Shown here piece by piece: positions 35,976 to 47,700 of a DNA stretch of 64,000 nt. The DNA is taken from contig CAZCCU010000002.1 of the NCBI GenBank assembly GCA_964497645.1, positions 3,525 through 67,524 on the forward strand. The letters run 5' to 3'. Every line of letters starts with the position of its first letter. The stretch's first letter is position 1. The notes beneath the pieces are model-generated. The model was not told where the DNA came from and did no database searches. It saw nothing but the letters and a program-made list of their open reading frames with translations. Position numbers and translations under genes: made by a program. Source of the stretch: an uncultured Methanosarcinales archaeon (GTDB taxonomy: Archaea; Nanobdellota; Nanobdellia; Woesearchaeales; ARS49).

Positions 35976-36632
35976 ATGGGGGAATTAGCTATAGCAGTTC
36001 TAATGCGCGAACTAATATGCAGATTGAGCCCTTCATATGGTGATGTCGCGCGGAGATTTAAAGACGAACAAGACAAAAAACCCCACAAGCCATACGACGA
36101 GGCAAACATCCTTGGAAAAGTATCCAAACACTACCTCAGATGCATCATCGAAAGCGCACCACGACTGTTCAAAAGCGTCCATGAAATCGAAGGAAGAGAT
36201 TCCTACTATTCAACAGACAACGGCTGCCAAATGCTTGTCGAAACAGCAGCCCTTGACCCAAACAGGAAAGACGTGTGCACTATTGACACTCTGACAGAAT
36301 TCAACGGCCGCACAGCCTTAATCGACATAAGAGCCAGCGATTGGGCAAACATACGAGAGAACTATTTCACAAAAAGAAAAGGATACGTGCCAATACTTGA
36401 TGCCATCTTTGGACAAGATGCATATGACAGAATCCTATTATTATGCAGCGACGTCCCGCCAACACGCGATGAAATCGGAAGGCGGATAGACAAAAGATTC
36501 CACAGAGGAGTCCACATCGTAAAACTGCAACTTGAGCTTGCACAGCTGGAAAGAATGGCATCCAACATCGGACGCCAATACAAACTGCTCAGACCAGTCA
36601 GCCCTATCACGCCAAAGACTACAAGTCCATAA
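35976..36632 (+). CDS. Hypothetical cytoplasmic protein
   Basis: It is a 218-aa ORF divergent from the sigma-like gene. No motif was recognised. Confidence 0.5.
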   Translation: MGELAIAVLMRELICRLSPSYGDVARRFKDEQDKKPHKPYDEANILGKVSKHYLRCIIESAPRLFKSVHEIEGRDSYYSTDNGCQMLVETAALDPNRKDVCTIDTLTEFNGRTALIDIRASDWANIRENYFTKRKGYVPILDAIFGQDAYDRILLLCSDVPPTRDEIGRRIDKRFHRGVHIVKLQLELAQLERMASNIGRQYKLLRPVSPITPKTTSP

Positions 36633-36664
36633 AGCTTAAAAGCAGGAAAAAAGACATTTCTCAC

Positions 36665-37315
36665 ATGGTCAGCGTATATCTTCAAGGCCCAAAATGGTTC
36701 TTCGGAGCAGATGCCAGTTTAGAAGCTTTTGCAGCAGTGATTGCTTTATGCGTTGCGTTCGCGTCATTTCGCGTCTACAGGATGACGCGCGAGAAAAAAT
36801 ACGGCTATTTCACAGCAAGCATGATGTTGTTAACGCTCAGCTTCCTATCACGCGCAATAGCTGACACGCTGCTTGAAGAGTTGCTATTCACACTGCCCAG
36901 CAACGTGACAGGGTTAATCTTCTTCATAGGATACGTCGCGCACATTCTACTCGCATTGATCGCATACCTGATCCTAGTAATTGTTACATACAAAATAACT
37001 GACAAGCGCATCATAACATTGCTGTTCATTCTCACACTGCCAAGCCTGCTGATCAGCGGCAGCTATTTCCTAAGCTTCTACGGGCTAAGCGCCATATTGC
37101 TCGCATTCATCGCGTTTTCATATTACCAAAACTACCGCAAAGTGTGCAAAGCATCAGCGTGCATGGTATTTGTATCATTTCTGCTTTTGACGCTCGCGCA
37201 AGTCCTGTTCCTGTTCGAAGCAATCCATGACCCGCTCTACGTCGCAGCACACGTCACACAAGCAGCAGGATATCTCGTATTACTTTCCGCACTGGTTAAA
37301 ACCCTACTCAAATGA
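36665..37315 (+). CDS. Polytopic membrane protein (about 6 TM helices)
   Basis: It is strongly hydrophobic with regularly spaced helices. It overlaps the next gene by 4 bp. Confidence 0.5.
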   Translation: MVSVYLQGPKWFFGADASLEAFAAVIALCVAFASFRVYRMTREKKYGYFTASMMLLTLSFLSRAIADTLLEELLFTLPSNVTGLIFFIGYVAHILLALIAYLILVIVTYKITDKRIITLLFILTLPSLLISGSYFLSFYGLSAILLAFIAFSYYQNYRKVCKASACMVFVSFLLLTLAQVLFLFEAIHDPLYVAAHVTQAAGYLVLLSALVKTLLK

Positions 37316-37578
37316 AAAGGTCAAAACTCGACATTGTGTACGACATGCTTCGAGCAATCGAAGACAAGGGAGGAAAGATTATTCCCACACACTTACTTTA
37401 CAAGTCAAACCTTTCACACCAACGAATGAAATTGTATCTAGAAGAGTTGAAGCAAAGAAACCTGATTGCTGAAACACGTTTCAAAGAAAAATTACACTAT
37501 ATGTTAACAGACGAAGGCAGAAAATTCGTGCAAAACTACAAACAGATGAAACAGTTCACTGAGGCGTTCGGACTTTAG
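37312..37578 (+). CDS. Small archaeal winged-helix DNA-binding protein
   Basis: KLDIVYDMLRAIEDKGGKIIPTHLLYKSNLSHQRMKLYLEELKQRNLI is a typical about-90-aa wHTH protein. Confidence 0.5.
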   Translation: MKRSKLDIVYDMLRAIEDKGGKIIPTHLLYKSNLSHQRMKLYLEELKQRNLIAETRFKEKLHYMLTDEGRKFVQNYKQMKQFTEAFGL

Positions 37579-38113
37579 GCTTAACTAGAGCGTATACTTG
37601 GCCGTTCCATAGATATCCAGCGGCTTTTTCTTTCACAACATCAGGAAAGTCTAGAAGCTCGTGGAAAGCCTCAATATTGTTTGGCAGGCCAGAAACATAA
37701 GCCGTGCTTTTCGCCACCTGTTTTTTAGTATCCCGCACTAAAGCAGTAGCGAGAAGAAGAGCATATCGGTCTTCCTCAGCCATGCTGTTCTTCCATGCGA
37801 TTTCAACAGTCTTCCTGCGCAGAGCTTTATGGTCCTTGCGACCAACACCAGCAGTGTAGTTCTCAAATGTTGCGCGGATTCTATCTATAGTGTAGCCATC
37901 AACTGGATTTTTTGCGGGTTTTAATGACTGGAACAAATGCTGAGGCAAACGCCGGTTAGAAACTCTCCTAATCGCTTTGACAAATCCATCGAGCCCATCG
38001 TAATAGGAATATGTGATTTGCTGACCCGCAAAAGGAACAAACAAAGCAGAAAAGTCAAAAACAACTAAATCATGAGCCTTACAGATACCTTCCAAGCCAA
38101 AATCTCCACCCAT
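37556..38113 (-). CDS. Hypothetical protein
   Basis: It is a 185-aa ORF with no recognised motif. Confidence 0.45.
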   Translation of the reverse strand: MGGDFGLEGICKAHDLVVFDFSALFVPFAGQQITYSYYDGLDGFVKAIRRVSNRRLPQHLFQSLKPAKNPVDGYTIDRIRATFENYTAGVGRKDHKALRRKTVEIAWKNSMAEEDRYALLLATALVRDTKKQVAKSTAYVSGLPNNIEAFHELLDFPDVVKEKAAGYLWNGQVYALVKPKVRTPQ

Positions 38114-38429
38114 TAAGACGAGAAAAGCACTGTTCTATAAAAAGTTTTAGCCCTCAACGCGCTCTTTTTTACGCTCAATACGCTCAGAAGGAGAGGGCTC
38201 TTCGTCAGAAACCTTGGACGCTGGAGCCACCTTCAGACGAATATTCATCTCAAAAGAATATATACTCTTTCTTAGTATTTAAATCTTATCTGTGAAACGC
38301 ACCGAGGCCACACTGAAAACCTTGGGAGTCTGGGACAATCGTCCTCCCTGTAATTGTAGTCACTGTTTAGTAGGTACTAATACAAAGTTTTATATATCTT
38401 TCGGCTTTCATCATCTTTGAGGCAATCTC

Positions 38430-39449
38430 ATGGAAACCAAATACGGAATCATTTCCGATATTCACCGCGTAGACCCACGTGTGGTCTTTTTGGCAATCGA
38501 TTACTTTAAACAGAAAGGGACTAATGGAATCATTCTGAACGGCGACATTGTTGGAGATCAATATGCCGAGCTTAGCCCGAAAGATTACCTTGCGCTCGTA
38601 CTTGACCATGCAGGGAAGTCAAACATCGAGACTTTTGTCCAGCCAGGAAGCCACGAAGAAGTTGCTGAGACAGAGCCAGTGATTGAAGCGCTCCAGAACC
38701 GATATCCTAATCTCATCTACACCATAGAGCAATCGAAAAATGAAAAGCCAGACCATCACCTCGTATTCTTACCAGGTTCTGACTGGCGCTTCGCAAATGC
38801 ATTGCATACGGGTTATGCATTAGAACGCGGAGAACACCAAACGGGATTGTACAAAACACCTGCGGGCCATCTTCGTCTCACGAACATGGAAGACTTGAGG
38901 AAGCTCGTCACCGACCCAGATAAGACTATCCTCGTATGCCATATCCCGAGGAAATTCTCAAATGTTGAAACAGCAGTCGATTACGCACATTACCTTGATA
39001 TCATGCATGTTAATCTCTCAGGAGAACCACGCCTCAAACCAGAGGGCATACTCCCTGCGGTAATGCGCCCTCAGTTTGAAGCAGCAGGAAATCCGGTACT
39101 GCGATTCGATTCTACTCCGCAAACAGAAGAGAAAATTATCCAGTTTGCCCGCAAATATTCACCTAAGAAAAGCATCAGTATAGCTGTCGAACGGAAAGAA
39201 GACAGAGGAAACGCTGATCTCGAAGAACTAACCACTGAACTTGGAATAAAGAAATACATAACGGGCCATTTCCATGAGGCTACCCACCGCGCACACGATA
39301 GAATGGGTGCGCCTCGCAGACAAGGAGAATTAGGCGATGAGTTATTCTGGATGGCCAGCCATGCGGACAGCGGTAAGATAGGAATCCTCACAGTCAAAGA
39401 TAACAAAGTCGCATACGAAAACATAGACTTGACAGAATATCTTCGCTAA
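38430..39449 (+). CDS. Calcineurin-like metallophosphoesterase
   Basis: GIISDIH matches motif I (GDxHG-like). LNGDIVGD is motif II, QPGSHEE is motif III (GNHE), and later His residues complete the metal site. Confidence 0.75.
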   Translation: METKYGIISDIHRVDPRVVFLAIDYFKQKGTNGIILNGDIVGDQYAELSPKDYLALVLDHAGKSNIETFVQPGSHEEVAETEPVIEALQNRYPNLIYTIEQSKNEKPDHHLVFLPGSDWRFANALHTGYALERGEHQTGLYKTPAGHLRLTNMEDLRKLVTDPDKTILVCHIPRKFSNVETAVDYAHYLDIMHVNLSGEPRLKPEGILPAVMRPQFEAAGNPVLRFDSTPQTEEKIIQFARKYSPKKSISIAVERKEDRGNADLEELTTELGIKKYITGHFHEATHRAHDRMGAPRRQGELGDELFWMASHADSGKIGILTVKDNKVAYENIDLTEYLR

Positions 39450-39558
39450 ACCTCACCTTTTGCTACAATCCTAAAAACTCTTTTTATAGTCGACCTTTTC
39501 TAACCGTTAAAGAAGGTGAAAGATTTTGGAATAATTTTTATAGGACACACGGGTTTCC

Positions 39559-39771
39559 ATGCGCATGCACGAGAGCTGGCACGTTGTATGGGAGTTGATG
39601 TTGATCTTAGGTTCTGTGCTGATTTTCAGAAGCGTATGGCTGTTGCTTGACATCAATCTTGGCAACCGCGCGTTGGGATTGTTGCTGGTGCTTGGCTTTG
39701 TTCTGGTTATTCCTGCGTTATACATCCTGAACAGCCATCTGGAAAGATATTATAAAAAGAAGACGCGTTAA
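39559..39771 (+). CDS. Small two-helix membrane protein
   Basis: It is a hydrophobic 70-aa ORF in an intergenic gap. Confidence 0.3.
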   Translation: MRMHESWHVVWELMLILGSVLIFRSVWLLLDINLGNRALGLLLVLGFVLVIPALYILNSHLERYYKKKTR

Positions 39772-39856
39772 TCATAATCCTCTCAAATTCCCTACTTTTT
39801 CTCACCGTTCGAAAAGGGCGAGAAATTCTGACGATGAGAACTGGTGGGCGAATTTG

Positions 39857-40435
39857 TTAAAGTTGGTCTTCTATGTATACAACTTCTTTTAACAATCCCT
39901 CTTTTAACGGCAGTTCATCAATTTTTTTAAGTTGCTGGTCTTTAATGTACGTAAGACTCTTGTACTTATGATCCACATATAACTTTTTGGCAGAATTCAA
40001 ATCTCGTGCCAAAAAAATCATATCTACTATCCCGCCACCAAGAGTGTGACACCCATCATCTGACCCTAAATGAGAAAATACATAAGCTCTCAATTCACCT
40101 TCTGGAATTTCATGAGCAGAAGGATTAAAGCGAGTTTCCTTTGGGAGATAATCATCTATAGTCACAGGTTTTCGGTAAACGCCCTGAAAGCTCTCATCCA
40201 TGCAATTACCAGCGCTTCGCTCTTGATGGATGTCGAATACAAAGACTATTGTCCGATCGGATCCGGGTATGCGTACCTCCTCACCACTCTCGCCTTTAGG
40301 AAGGGGCTGAAGTTGGTCTATACCTGAATACAGTATTTCTTTTGTGGCGTCGACATCAGGGCAGAAATCAGGCGTCCGGCAGTGATACTTCACACGCACA
40401 CGATCATCAAGAAATTCAACATGTTCGATGCCCAT
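39857..40435 (-). CDS. Hypothetical protein
   Basis: It is a 192-aa ORF with no recognised motif. Confidence 0.45.
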   Translation of the reverse strand: MGIEHVEFLDDRVRVKYHCRTPDFCPDVDATKEILYSGIDQLQPLPKGESGEEVRIPGSDRTIVFVFDIHQERSAGNCMDESFQGVYRKPVTIDDYLPKETRFNPSAHEIPEGELRAYVFSHLGSDDGCHTLGGGIVDMIFLARDLNSAKKLYVDHKYKSLTYIKDQQLKKIDELPLKEGLLKEVVYIEDQL

Positions 40436-40617
40436 AGACCCACGAAAGTAGAAGGAATATTTAAAGATTTACCCGATTGCCGGCAGTGAAGAGGTGAAAA
40501 GAAACCTCTGTAAATAAACCTCATTATGTACCCATGACTGCCTATTGCCAATATTCATTTCAAGCTTTAACATTGCGTAAGAAGGCAGGGTTTTTCTATC
40601 GGTTCTAAAATGAAGCA

Positions 40618-40992
40618 TTACTTGTTTTTTCGTGCGGTGTGCTTCAGAAGCCATACTGAACAGGCAAGGTTCGTTGCTGCCGCTATTAAGAGAATCGCCC
40701 AGAAAGTGCTGAAGTTGAATAGCATTCGTCCATAGATTGCGAGTATTGCTACGGAAATAATGATGTTCGCAACAAAAGCCAGTTTTTTGTCAAGTATTGT
40801 TCCAATAATAGTTGCAATCATGATGATTCCGAAAGCCAGAGCTATTCCTGTATATTTATCACAATTAAAAATTTCTCCACGGAATCCCTGAACAGCATTG
40901 CAGGAGTACGCCGCAGCACCATTGAGTAAGAGCATTAATATTGCAAGTATTATCAACGAAATGCTTGCAAGAACTTTGCACAATTCTTTCAT
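40618..40992 (-). CDS. Small membrane protein (4 TM helices)
   Basis: It is a hydrophobic 124-aa ORF upstream of the ABC-2 operon. Confidence 0.4.
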   Translation of the reverse strand: MKELCKVLASISLIILAILMLLLNGAAAYSCNAVQGFRGEIFNCDKYTGIALAFGIIMIATIIGTILDKKLAFVANIIISVAILAIYGRMLFNFSTFWAILLIAAATNLACSVWLLKHTARKNK

Positions 40993-41073
40993 TTGACGTT
41001 TAAAAACTCACTTTATTTATATAATTAACGTCTATCACCTTCTTGAACGATTTATTGATTGTTCGCCCTAAAA

Positions 41074-41856
41074 TCAGCCGCCCGCGCTCGTATATTTCTT
41101 CATCGCGGAATTCCACAACAGCAATGAGCAGCCAAAATAAAGAACCACTGGAATAAGATATAACAACATCTTTGGCGTAAAGCCCTCGATAAGTATTTGC
41201 GCAGGAACATAACTGCTAACCGCCACCGGAAACAGGAAAATCAGGAAAAACTTGATGCCGACCCCATAAACGTTCAACGGGTAACGAGCAAAGTCAGTCA
41301 GCTTGGAATGCAAATGCAATAACGCCTCGCTCTTAACAGCAATAAAACCCAGTGAAGCAATAAAGATCTGCGAAGCGACAATCACTGAAGTGCCGGCAAG
41401 CACGAAAAACAAGTACATCAGCATGGCAAGGCTAAACACCGCAATCCCCAGCTCGCCCATGGAATAAATCACGATAATCAAGCCAGCCAACACTTCAACA
41501 AGACCATACTGGTCAACAGTCAAAGCCATAATGTACAACAAAGCAGAATAAGGCTTCAGCAAATACTGGTCAAAATTACCCCAGTTAATCGCGTCAAGAA
41601 CCCACCACGAAAAAGCATAAGAAATCGTGCGAGCCAAGCCGAAAATCATGATCAACGTGCCCTGGAATAACAACAACTGCGGCAAAGACCAGCCAGGAAT
41701 ACCCTTAGACGAAGTATAAATGAAGATAGACGTCAAAGGCATCAACAAATCAGAAAAGGCAGTGGAAAGAGCCTTGATGAAAAAATCACCCTTGTACGCA
41801 AAATCACGAAGCAACCAAATCTTCATACATCTCCATAGCAGCTTAAGATATTTCAT
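41074..41856 (-). CDS. ABC-2 family transporter permease
   Basis: It has 6 TM helices. It overlaps the upstream permease by 4 bp, which indicates an operon. Confidence 0.6.
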   Translation of the reverse strand: MKYLKLLWRCMKIWLLRDFAYKGDFFIKALSTAFSDLLMPLTSIFIYTSSKGIPGWSLPQLLLFQGTLIMIFGLARTISYAFSWWVLDAINWGNFDQYLLKPYSALLYIMALTVDQYGLVEVLAGLIIVIYSMGELGIAVFSLAMLMYLFFVLAGTSVIVASQIFIASLGFIAVKSEALLHLHSKLTDFARYPLNVYGVGIKFFLIFLFPVAVSSYVPAQILIEGFTPKMLLYLIPVVLYFGCSLLLWNSAMKKYTSAGG

Positions 41857-42656
41857 ACGCCCACACTCGAGTACAACTTATACGCCCGCTTCCATACTAT
41901 GTAAATAAGTCCGTATAAAGCAGCAATCCAGAACAATTGAACTCCAAGCGCTCTCAACACTTCCGCATTCGAAATAGTGCCGAGATAAATCGTAATCGGC
42001 ACGAACCTCGTGCTTTCAAAAGGCAAATAATGGAGCGCAGACTGCGCCCATTCAGGAAACAAAGTCAGCGGGATAAAACTGCCACCAAGAAAACCAAGCA
42101 CAACCCTGCGAACTCTCCTCAAACCAGTAATCTTCTTCAGCCAGAACGCAGACAATCCCAAAAGGAAAGTCATGCCGTAATAAATGAAAAATGCCAAAAG
42201 CAAAGAGATAAGGAACGCGATGAAGTTAAAGGCAGGAGCGATACCAAGACCGAAGAACACAAAACCAATAATGAAAACAGGAATCATCTGCCAGATGATG
42301 TTCATAATGTTGATCCCAATCTCAAAAAACATGTACCACGATATAAAAGAGACAGGCCTCAACAAGCCCGAAATAGTACTGCCGTGAAGCAAATCCATCT
42401 CAACCCACTTATCGACCTCAGACCAGGTGAAAAAACCAACAATCATGCTCAGCACATAATAGTTAATCATCTGCTGAAGAGTAAAACCACGAATGACTTC
42501 CTGCCCGGTATAAGAGTAGACCGACGTCCACAGAAAATAATAGATGATTAGCGAGATGGGAACACTCAGCAAGCCCACAACAAATTCAAACCTATACGTA
42601 CTCCAAATCTTTATGCCCTTCTTTGCAATAGCCCAATGCGCATAAATACCGCTCAT
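41853..42656 (-). CDS. ABC-2 family transporter permease
   Basis: It has 6 TM helices. It overlaps the ATPase gene by 4 bp. Confidence 0.6.
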   Translation of the reverse strand: MSGIYAHWAIAKKGIKIWSTYRFEFVVGLLSVPISLIIYYFLWTSVYSYTGQEVIRGFTLQQMINYYVLSMIVGFFTWSEVDKWVEMDLLHGSTISGLLRPVSFISWYMFFEIGINIMNIIWQMIPVFIIGFVFFGLGIAPAFNFIAFLISLLLAFFIYYGMTFLLGLSAFWLKKITGLRRVRRVVLGFLGGSFIPLTLFPEWAQSALHYLPFESTRFVPITIYLGTISNAEVLRALGVQLFWIAALYGLIYIVWKRAYKLYSSVGV

Positions 42657-43636
42657 TCTCTGTAAATCTTCCTGATTATTTCCTCAATAGGAGGATCGGC
42701 AACAGTGATGTCAGCAACATCAAAATTCTTGAGCAGGTAGTTAATCAAGTCCTGGACTGGCGCTTTTTTCGTGTTAAGCTCTATCTTAATCTGGTAATCT
42801 TGCTTGTCAATAACCTTGCAGCCTTTGAACTTGAACGTGCGGATTTTATCACCGAACTTCACCTCGATATGCTTGTCAGTGAAGTACTTCTTTTTGATGT
42901 CCTCCAACGGGCCGTCGTAAATAATCCTGCCATGATTAATGATGATAATTCTCTTGCACAACTTCTCAATATCCTGCATGTCATGCGTGGTGATAATGAA
43001 CGTTGTTTTTTGCTCCCTGTTGATTTTTAAGATAAAATCTCTTAGTTTGTCTTTGGCAATGACATCCAAGCCAATGCTCGGCTCGTCAAGAAAAACAAGC
43101 CTAGGATAATGAAGCAAGGCATTAATCACTTCACAACGCATGCGCTCTCCTAATGAAAGCTCTCGCACTGGAGACTTCATGATTTCCTGCACTTCCAACA
43201 TCTTAACCATAAAGTTCAACCGCTTAGAAAAATCAGGCTCTGGAACATCATACAAGTCTTTATTTATGTAGAATGAGTCAATTGGAGGAAGGTCCCAAAT
43301 CATCTGAGACTTCTGACCAAACACTACTCCGATATTCGCCACGTACTTGATCCTATTCTCCCACGGAACCATTCCCAATACATTGGCTTCACCGCCATCA
43401 GGCCATAAAAGACCAGAAAGAATCTTGATCAAAGTAGACTTGCCAGCACCATTCGGACCAATAAGGCCAACAATCTCGCCTTCCTGCACTTCCAAGCTGA
43501 CTTTCTTCAAAGCGTCCTTTATAGTATACTCTCTGCTAAAAAGAGACTTAACAGCTTCAAGCACTCCCTGACCGCGCTTGTAAACCTTGAAAGTCTTGCG
43601 CAAGTCCTTAACACTAATAGCCGGCATACTCACCAC
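42653..43636 (-). CDS. ABC transporter ATP-binding protein
   Basis: GPNGAGKST is Walker A, the Q-loop is present, LSLGERMRCEV is the signature motif, LVFLDEPSIGLD is Walker B, and TTHDMQ carries the H-loop. Confidence 0.9.
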   Translation of the reverse strand: MVSMPAISVKDLRKTFKVYKRGQGVLEAVKSLFSREYTIKDALKKVSLEVQEGEIVGLIGPNGAGKSTLIKILSGLLWPDGGEANVLGMVPWENRIKYVANIGVVFGQKSQMIWDLPPIDSFYINKDLYDVPEPDFSKRLNFMVKMLEVQEIMKSPVRELSLGERMRCEVINALLHYPRLVFLDEPSIGLDVIAKDKLRDFILKINREQKTTFIITTHDMQDIEKLCKRIIIINHGRIIYDGPLEDIKKKYFTDKHIEVKFGDKIRTFKFKGCKVIDKQDYQIKIELNTKKAPVQDLINYLLKNFDVADITVADPPIEEIIRKIYRE

Positions 43637-43653
43637 TTTTTTCCTTCTGCCTA

Positions 43654-44634
43654 TTAAGAACTACTTAAAGGTTGTGGGCGCTTTTTAATACCGACGGCAA
43701 CATCACGCAAGTTAATCAATAATTCGTAAGCAAACCCGATCTTTGCAATCGAAGCAGAATCCAAACCATTGCCTTTGAACGACCGCTTCTCAATCTCATA
43801 AAACTTTTCGCGCAGCCTAATAATTTCCATGTAATCCTCCTCTTTTCCATGAATAAAGAACTGGCTGCACGCGTCAACCGCTTTCTTAATATCATTAAGA
43901 AGAATAAAAACATCATTGCTTACCTTCTTAGCGCCTGTCTTCGCCAAAATCATAGGAATCATGTAAATCTGGTCTCCCACCAATTCCAACTGCACCAATG
44001 CAGCGTACAACTCGTTCCCAACCTTAACGTCCTTATGCCCTTTCTTGTTCAAAATGCGCATGCAAAAATTGCAAAACTTGTTAACACCGCGGTCATACAG
44101 CCAAACATCCTTCAACTGGTCCGGCTTCATCGTTCGCAAAGCTTCCAGCGCCTGCTCAACCTGGTCCTGCAATCTGAAAAATATTTTTCTAAAAGCAGCA
44201 TCAAACTCCTCCTCAAGGCCCTCACTAAACTGCTTAATTATGAACAAGTTCGGAGAAGACTTCTCAATCTCCATGCCAAACAATTCTGTTGTGACAAGAT
44301 TCTCAATCTCCTCTTTCATGCTCACCTTGCGCTGAGTGCGTGAATGAACCAGCATCACATTTTCATACTCAACCTCGATTGTTTCAGCACCCATACGATA
44401 CGCTTCTGCAATATTACGGCGCAATTGAGTGATAGTGAGCCCGCGCGCGTCAATAAGCACAACTTTCTGAGAAACAGGGCCTTTCTTCGCGTTTAGAACA
44501 ATAGTGCTGCCATTCTCATCAACATCAAGCTCGTCCCCAGCCTTCAAGCCATACTGCTTAATCCATGATGCAGGAAGCGTGACGGTAAAAGAACCATGTT
44601 CTCTGTCCCCCTGCCGTATCAATTTACGCTTCAT
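43654..44634 (-). CDS. AbrB/SpoVT-like N-terminal domain fused to a PhoU-like helical domain (putative regulator)
   Basis: The N-terminus GSFTVTLPASWIKQYGLKAGDELDV is a swapped-hairpin AbrB-like domain. The rest is helical and resembles archaeal PhoU-domain proteins. Confidence 0.5.
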   Translation of the reverse strand: MKRKLIRQGDREHGSFTVTLPASWIKQYGLKAGDELDVDENGSTIVLNAKKGPVSQKVVLIDARGLTITQLRRNIAEAYRMGAETIEVEYENVMLVHSRTQRKVSMKEEIENLVTTELFGMEIEKSSPNLFIIKQFSEGLEEEFDAAFRKIFFRLQDQVEQALEALRTMKPDQLKDVWLYDRGVNKFCNFCMRILNKKGHKDVKVGNELYAALVQLELVGDQIYMIPMILAKTGAKKVSNDVFILLNDIKKAVDACSQFFIHGKEEDYMEIIRLREKFYEIEKRSFKGNGLDSASIAKIGFAYELLINLRDVAVGIKKRPQPLSSS

Positions 44635-44769
44635 ACAGTACGAAATAACTGTTCGAATATATAAATTTTTATATTAGTAATATAATTAATATCGGTTAGA
44701 TATAAATATGCAGCTTCTTATACCTTACTAACGGGTACGGGTGGTAGTTGAACATCCGCACTTGGTACA

Positions 44770-47700
44770 TTGGAGGTCGGTTTGACAAAAGCACGCATTC
44801 CATTGTTACCAATAAAAGGGGGACTTGGGGTTCTTACGCTATTTTTGATACTTCTAATAGCATGCACACAAGCAGACATAATAGCAAAGCCAACAAAACT
44901 CGCAGAACAGATACCTCCAGTACAGGAATTGAGCCAAGAGTCTGAACTGGAGAAAGCAACAGCAGTATCTCCTGTAACTGCGGCAATATCACTAGACGAG
45001 CCAAAACCCAAAATAGATCCAAAACTCGTCGAAGAGCTAAAAGAGCTCAAAAGGCAGAAAAAACACCAACGAGTCAGAGTACTTCTAGAAGCAACAGATG
45101 AAGAATCACTGGAAAGAGTAAGAGAAGCAGTCAAACGAGCAGGAGGAACAGTATATGAAAGCTTCAGCATAGGCGACATTGCAGTAGCAGAACTGCATTC
45201 AGACAAAATAGAGGAAGTCGTCCAAGCAGCAGGCGTGGAACAAATATCAGCAGAAAAAGAATATGTTGCTTTACTGCAAGACAGAATACCAGCGTTTTCT
45301 ATAGATACAGCATGGTCGAATAATATAACCGGAAAAAACGTCAAAATAGCGATACTCGACACAGGAATAGGACCTCACGACGACATTATCGTAGCAGCGG
45401 GACAATCATTCGTATCCGGAGAAGACACAGCAGACCAAAGCGGGCACGGAACACACGTAGCAGGAATAGCGCAAGGCATAGCCAAAGACGCGGTAATTTA
45501 CAATGCAAAAGTATTGAACAAGAACGGCGCTGGAACAACATCACAAATTCTCGCGGGAATAAACTGGGCAGTAGAACAGGACGTTGACATCATTTCTATG
45601 AGCTTTGGAGGAATGTTCACTGAATTAGACGGGCCACTTTCTTCTGCAGTCAAAGAAGCAATACAGAACGGAGTAATATTTGTTGTAGCGTCAGGAAACT
45701 GCAAACAAGGCTGCGGAGGATTTTATGGAGTTACAACACCAGGCAATGTAAAGGAAGTAATAACGGTTGGAGCGGTGGACGATAATAACGTTGTAGCTAG
45801 CTTCTCTTCAGGAGATACCTTTGATGGATACATCAAGCCGGATTTAGTAGCACCAGGAATAGACATCACCTCTGCCTGGCTGAACAACGGAGAAAAAACA
45901 GTCAGCGGAACCTCAATGAGCACGCCGTTCGTAGCAGGAGTAACCGCATTATTACTCGAGAAAGAGCCAGGATTGACGCACGAACAGGTAAAGCAGAGAC
46001 TGGAAAGCACGGCGACGGATCTGGGGGACGCGGGGAAGGATGAGAGGTACGGGGTAGGGCTAATAAGTGTGCCAAAATTAATTCAACCAGACCTAATTGT
46101 CAATCAGACCATTCAAAATTACACTGAAGTCTCCAGGACCAGAAACCTAAGCGAAATGCTCCCTTACGTGCTTACCAATTATACTGTATTGTATGAAGAA
46201 GGTAATCGCGGCAGCTATCAGTACACTACAATAGAGGGAGATAATGTTACTGTAAGCTTTTCTATCAGCAAACCAGAAAATTCAACAGAACTTGCCACAC
46301 AAATGCAATTGCCTTCTCAAGTTGAACCAAGCGACTCTGTGCCAGCCATTTTGGAATTCCTGGCAGGAGACAGGCCACCGCAAAGCACACCGCCTACATA
46401 TTTGACATTTGAAATAAGAGATACAGCTGGCGCTTTAGAAGGAATCCCACCGAGCTATACCATAACGCAATTCTTCAGAGACTTGCTTTATTCTGCAGAT
46501 CCAAGTGATATTGTCACGATTGGAATAATATTCACCGCGCCGAGCAGCTATGAAACATTCACAGCATATGCGTATATGTGGAACTTTCTTGTGGCTGATC
46601 CTGTCATGATTGATATCGATTCAGGAGGAAAAAGCTTTGACGTGGTATCAAATGCTAATCCATTTGATGAATGCGACAGAGATAGCGAATGTCCAGACGA
46701 CAGGTGGCGCGGCGGAACATACTGCCAAGATGGAGACATATATCAAGATTACAGAGACTGGTATTGCCTTGGAGCGTCAACAAGATATTCAAGCTGTGAA
46801 GTTGATACCTATCCCCGAAAGAAAGAGGAATGCGGAAGCAACGAATGCTGGAATGATCAATGTATTCCTCCATGCCAAGATGCAGACAAAGATGGCATCG
46901 GCTTGGCTTTCCCCTGCCCGATATTCGGTGACTGCGACGACAATGATGCAACTGTTTATGGCGGAGCTCCAGAACTGTGCGATGGCAAAGATAATGATTG
47001 TGATGCGTCAATTGACGAGGGCCTAGCAGACCTACCAGAGCTCTGCGACAATAACTTAGACGACAATTGTGACGGCCACATCAATGAAAACTGTCCATGC
47101 GGGAAAAACAGTGACTGCTTTCCTGGAATGGCGTGCGAGTTTGAATGGTACTCGGGAACCTGCCAGCCACTATCATGCACAAACAGATGCACGCCAGGAA
47201 CTTACACGTGTTCTTCAGGCTCGATATATGAATGCAAGGACAGCAACGGAGACGGCTGTACAGAACAGGTTTACAGAACATTCTGCGGATCAGGCAGATG
47301 CCAAAACGGACAATCAAATTGCCTGACAACATCATCTGTTGTTGTAAGAATAGAGGAATCAGAGGGCTCCATATACGTTCAACCAGGAGATGCAATCACT
47401 GTAAGCTTATATCCATCAGGAACTCAGACAGTCCAGCTCGAATATTCCTCAATATTCAGTCTGAACACGAGCACTTGTTCAAATAGCGCGTTCTCAATCA
47501 GCTCAAAAAAAGAGTGCAGATTCCAAGTAAGCCCGACAGCAGCGCGCGGAAGATATCATATTGGGGTAAACAGTGGAGACCGCAAATATATACTCGTGCG
47601 CACCAATCCAAACATGCTTATTCTGACAAACAAGGACAAACTGCGCGAGCTATACAAGGACACCAGCGGTGTAAACTCACTTCTTAGACAGACATATGCT

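Noticed and set aside
38114-38429. A 316-bp intergenic gap considered as a possible ncRNA locus
   Set aside because: It has no convincing extended stem-loop structure or conserved RNA motif. It contains only short weak hairpins and a 33-codon ORF. It is more likely the promoter and 5' region for the flanking divergent genes.
41937-42551. A 204-aa plus-strand basic ORF antisense to the ABC-2 permease
   Set aside because: It is a shadow ORF of a well-supported membrane-protein gene.
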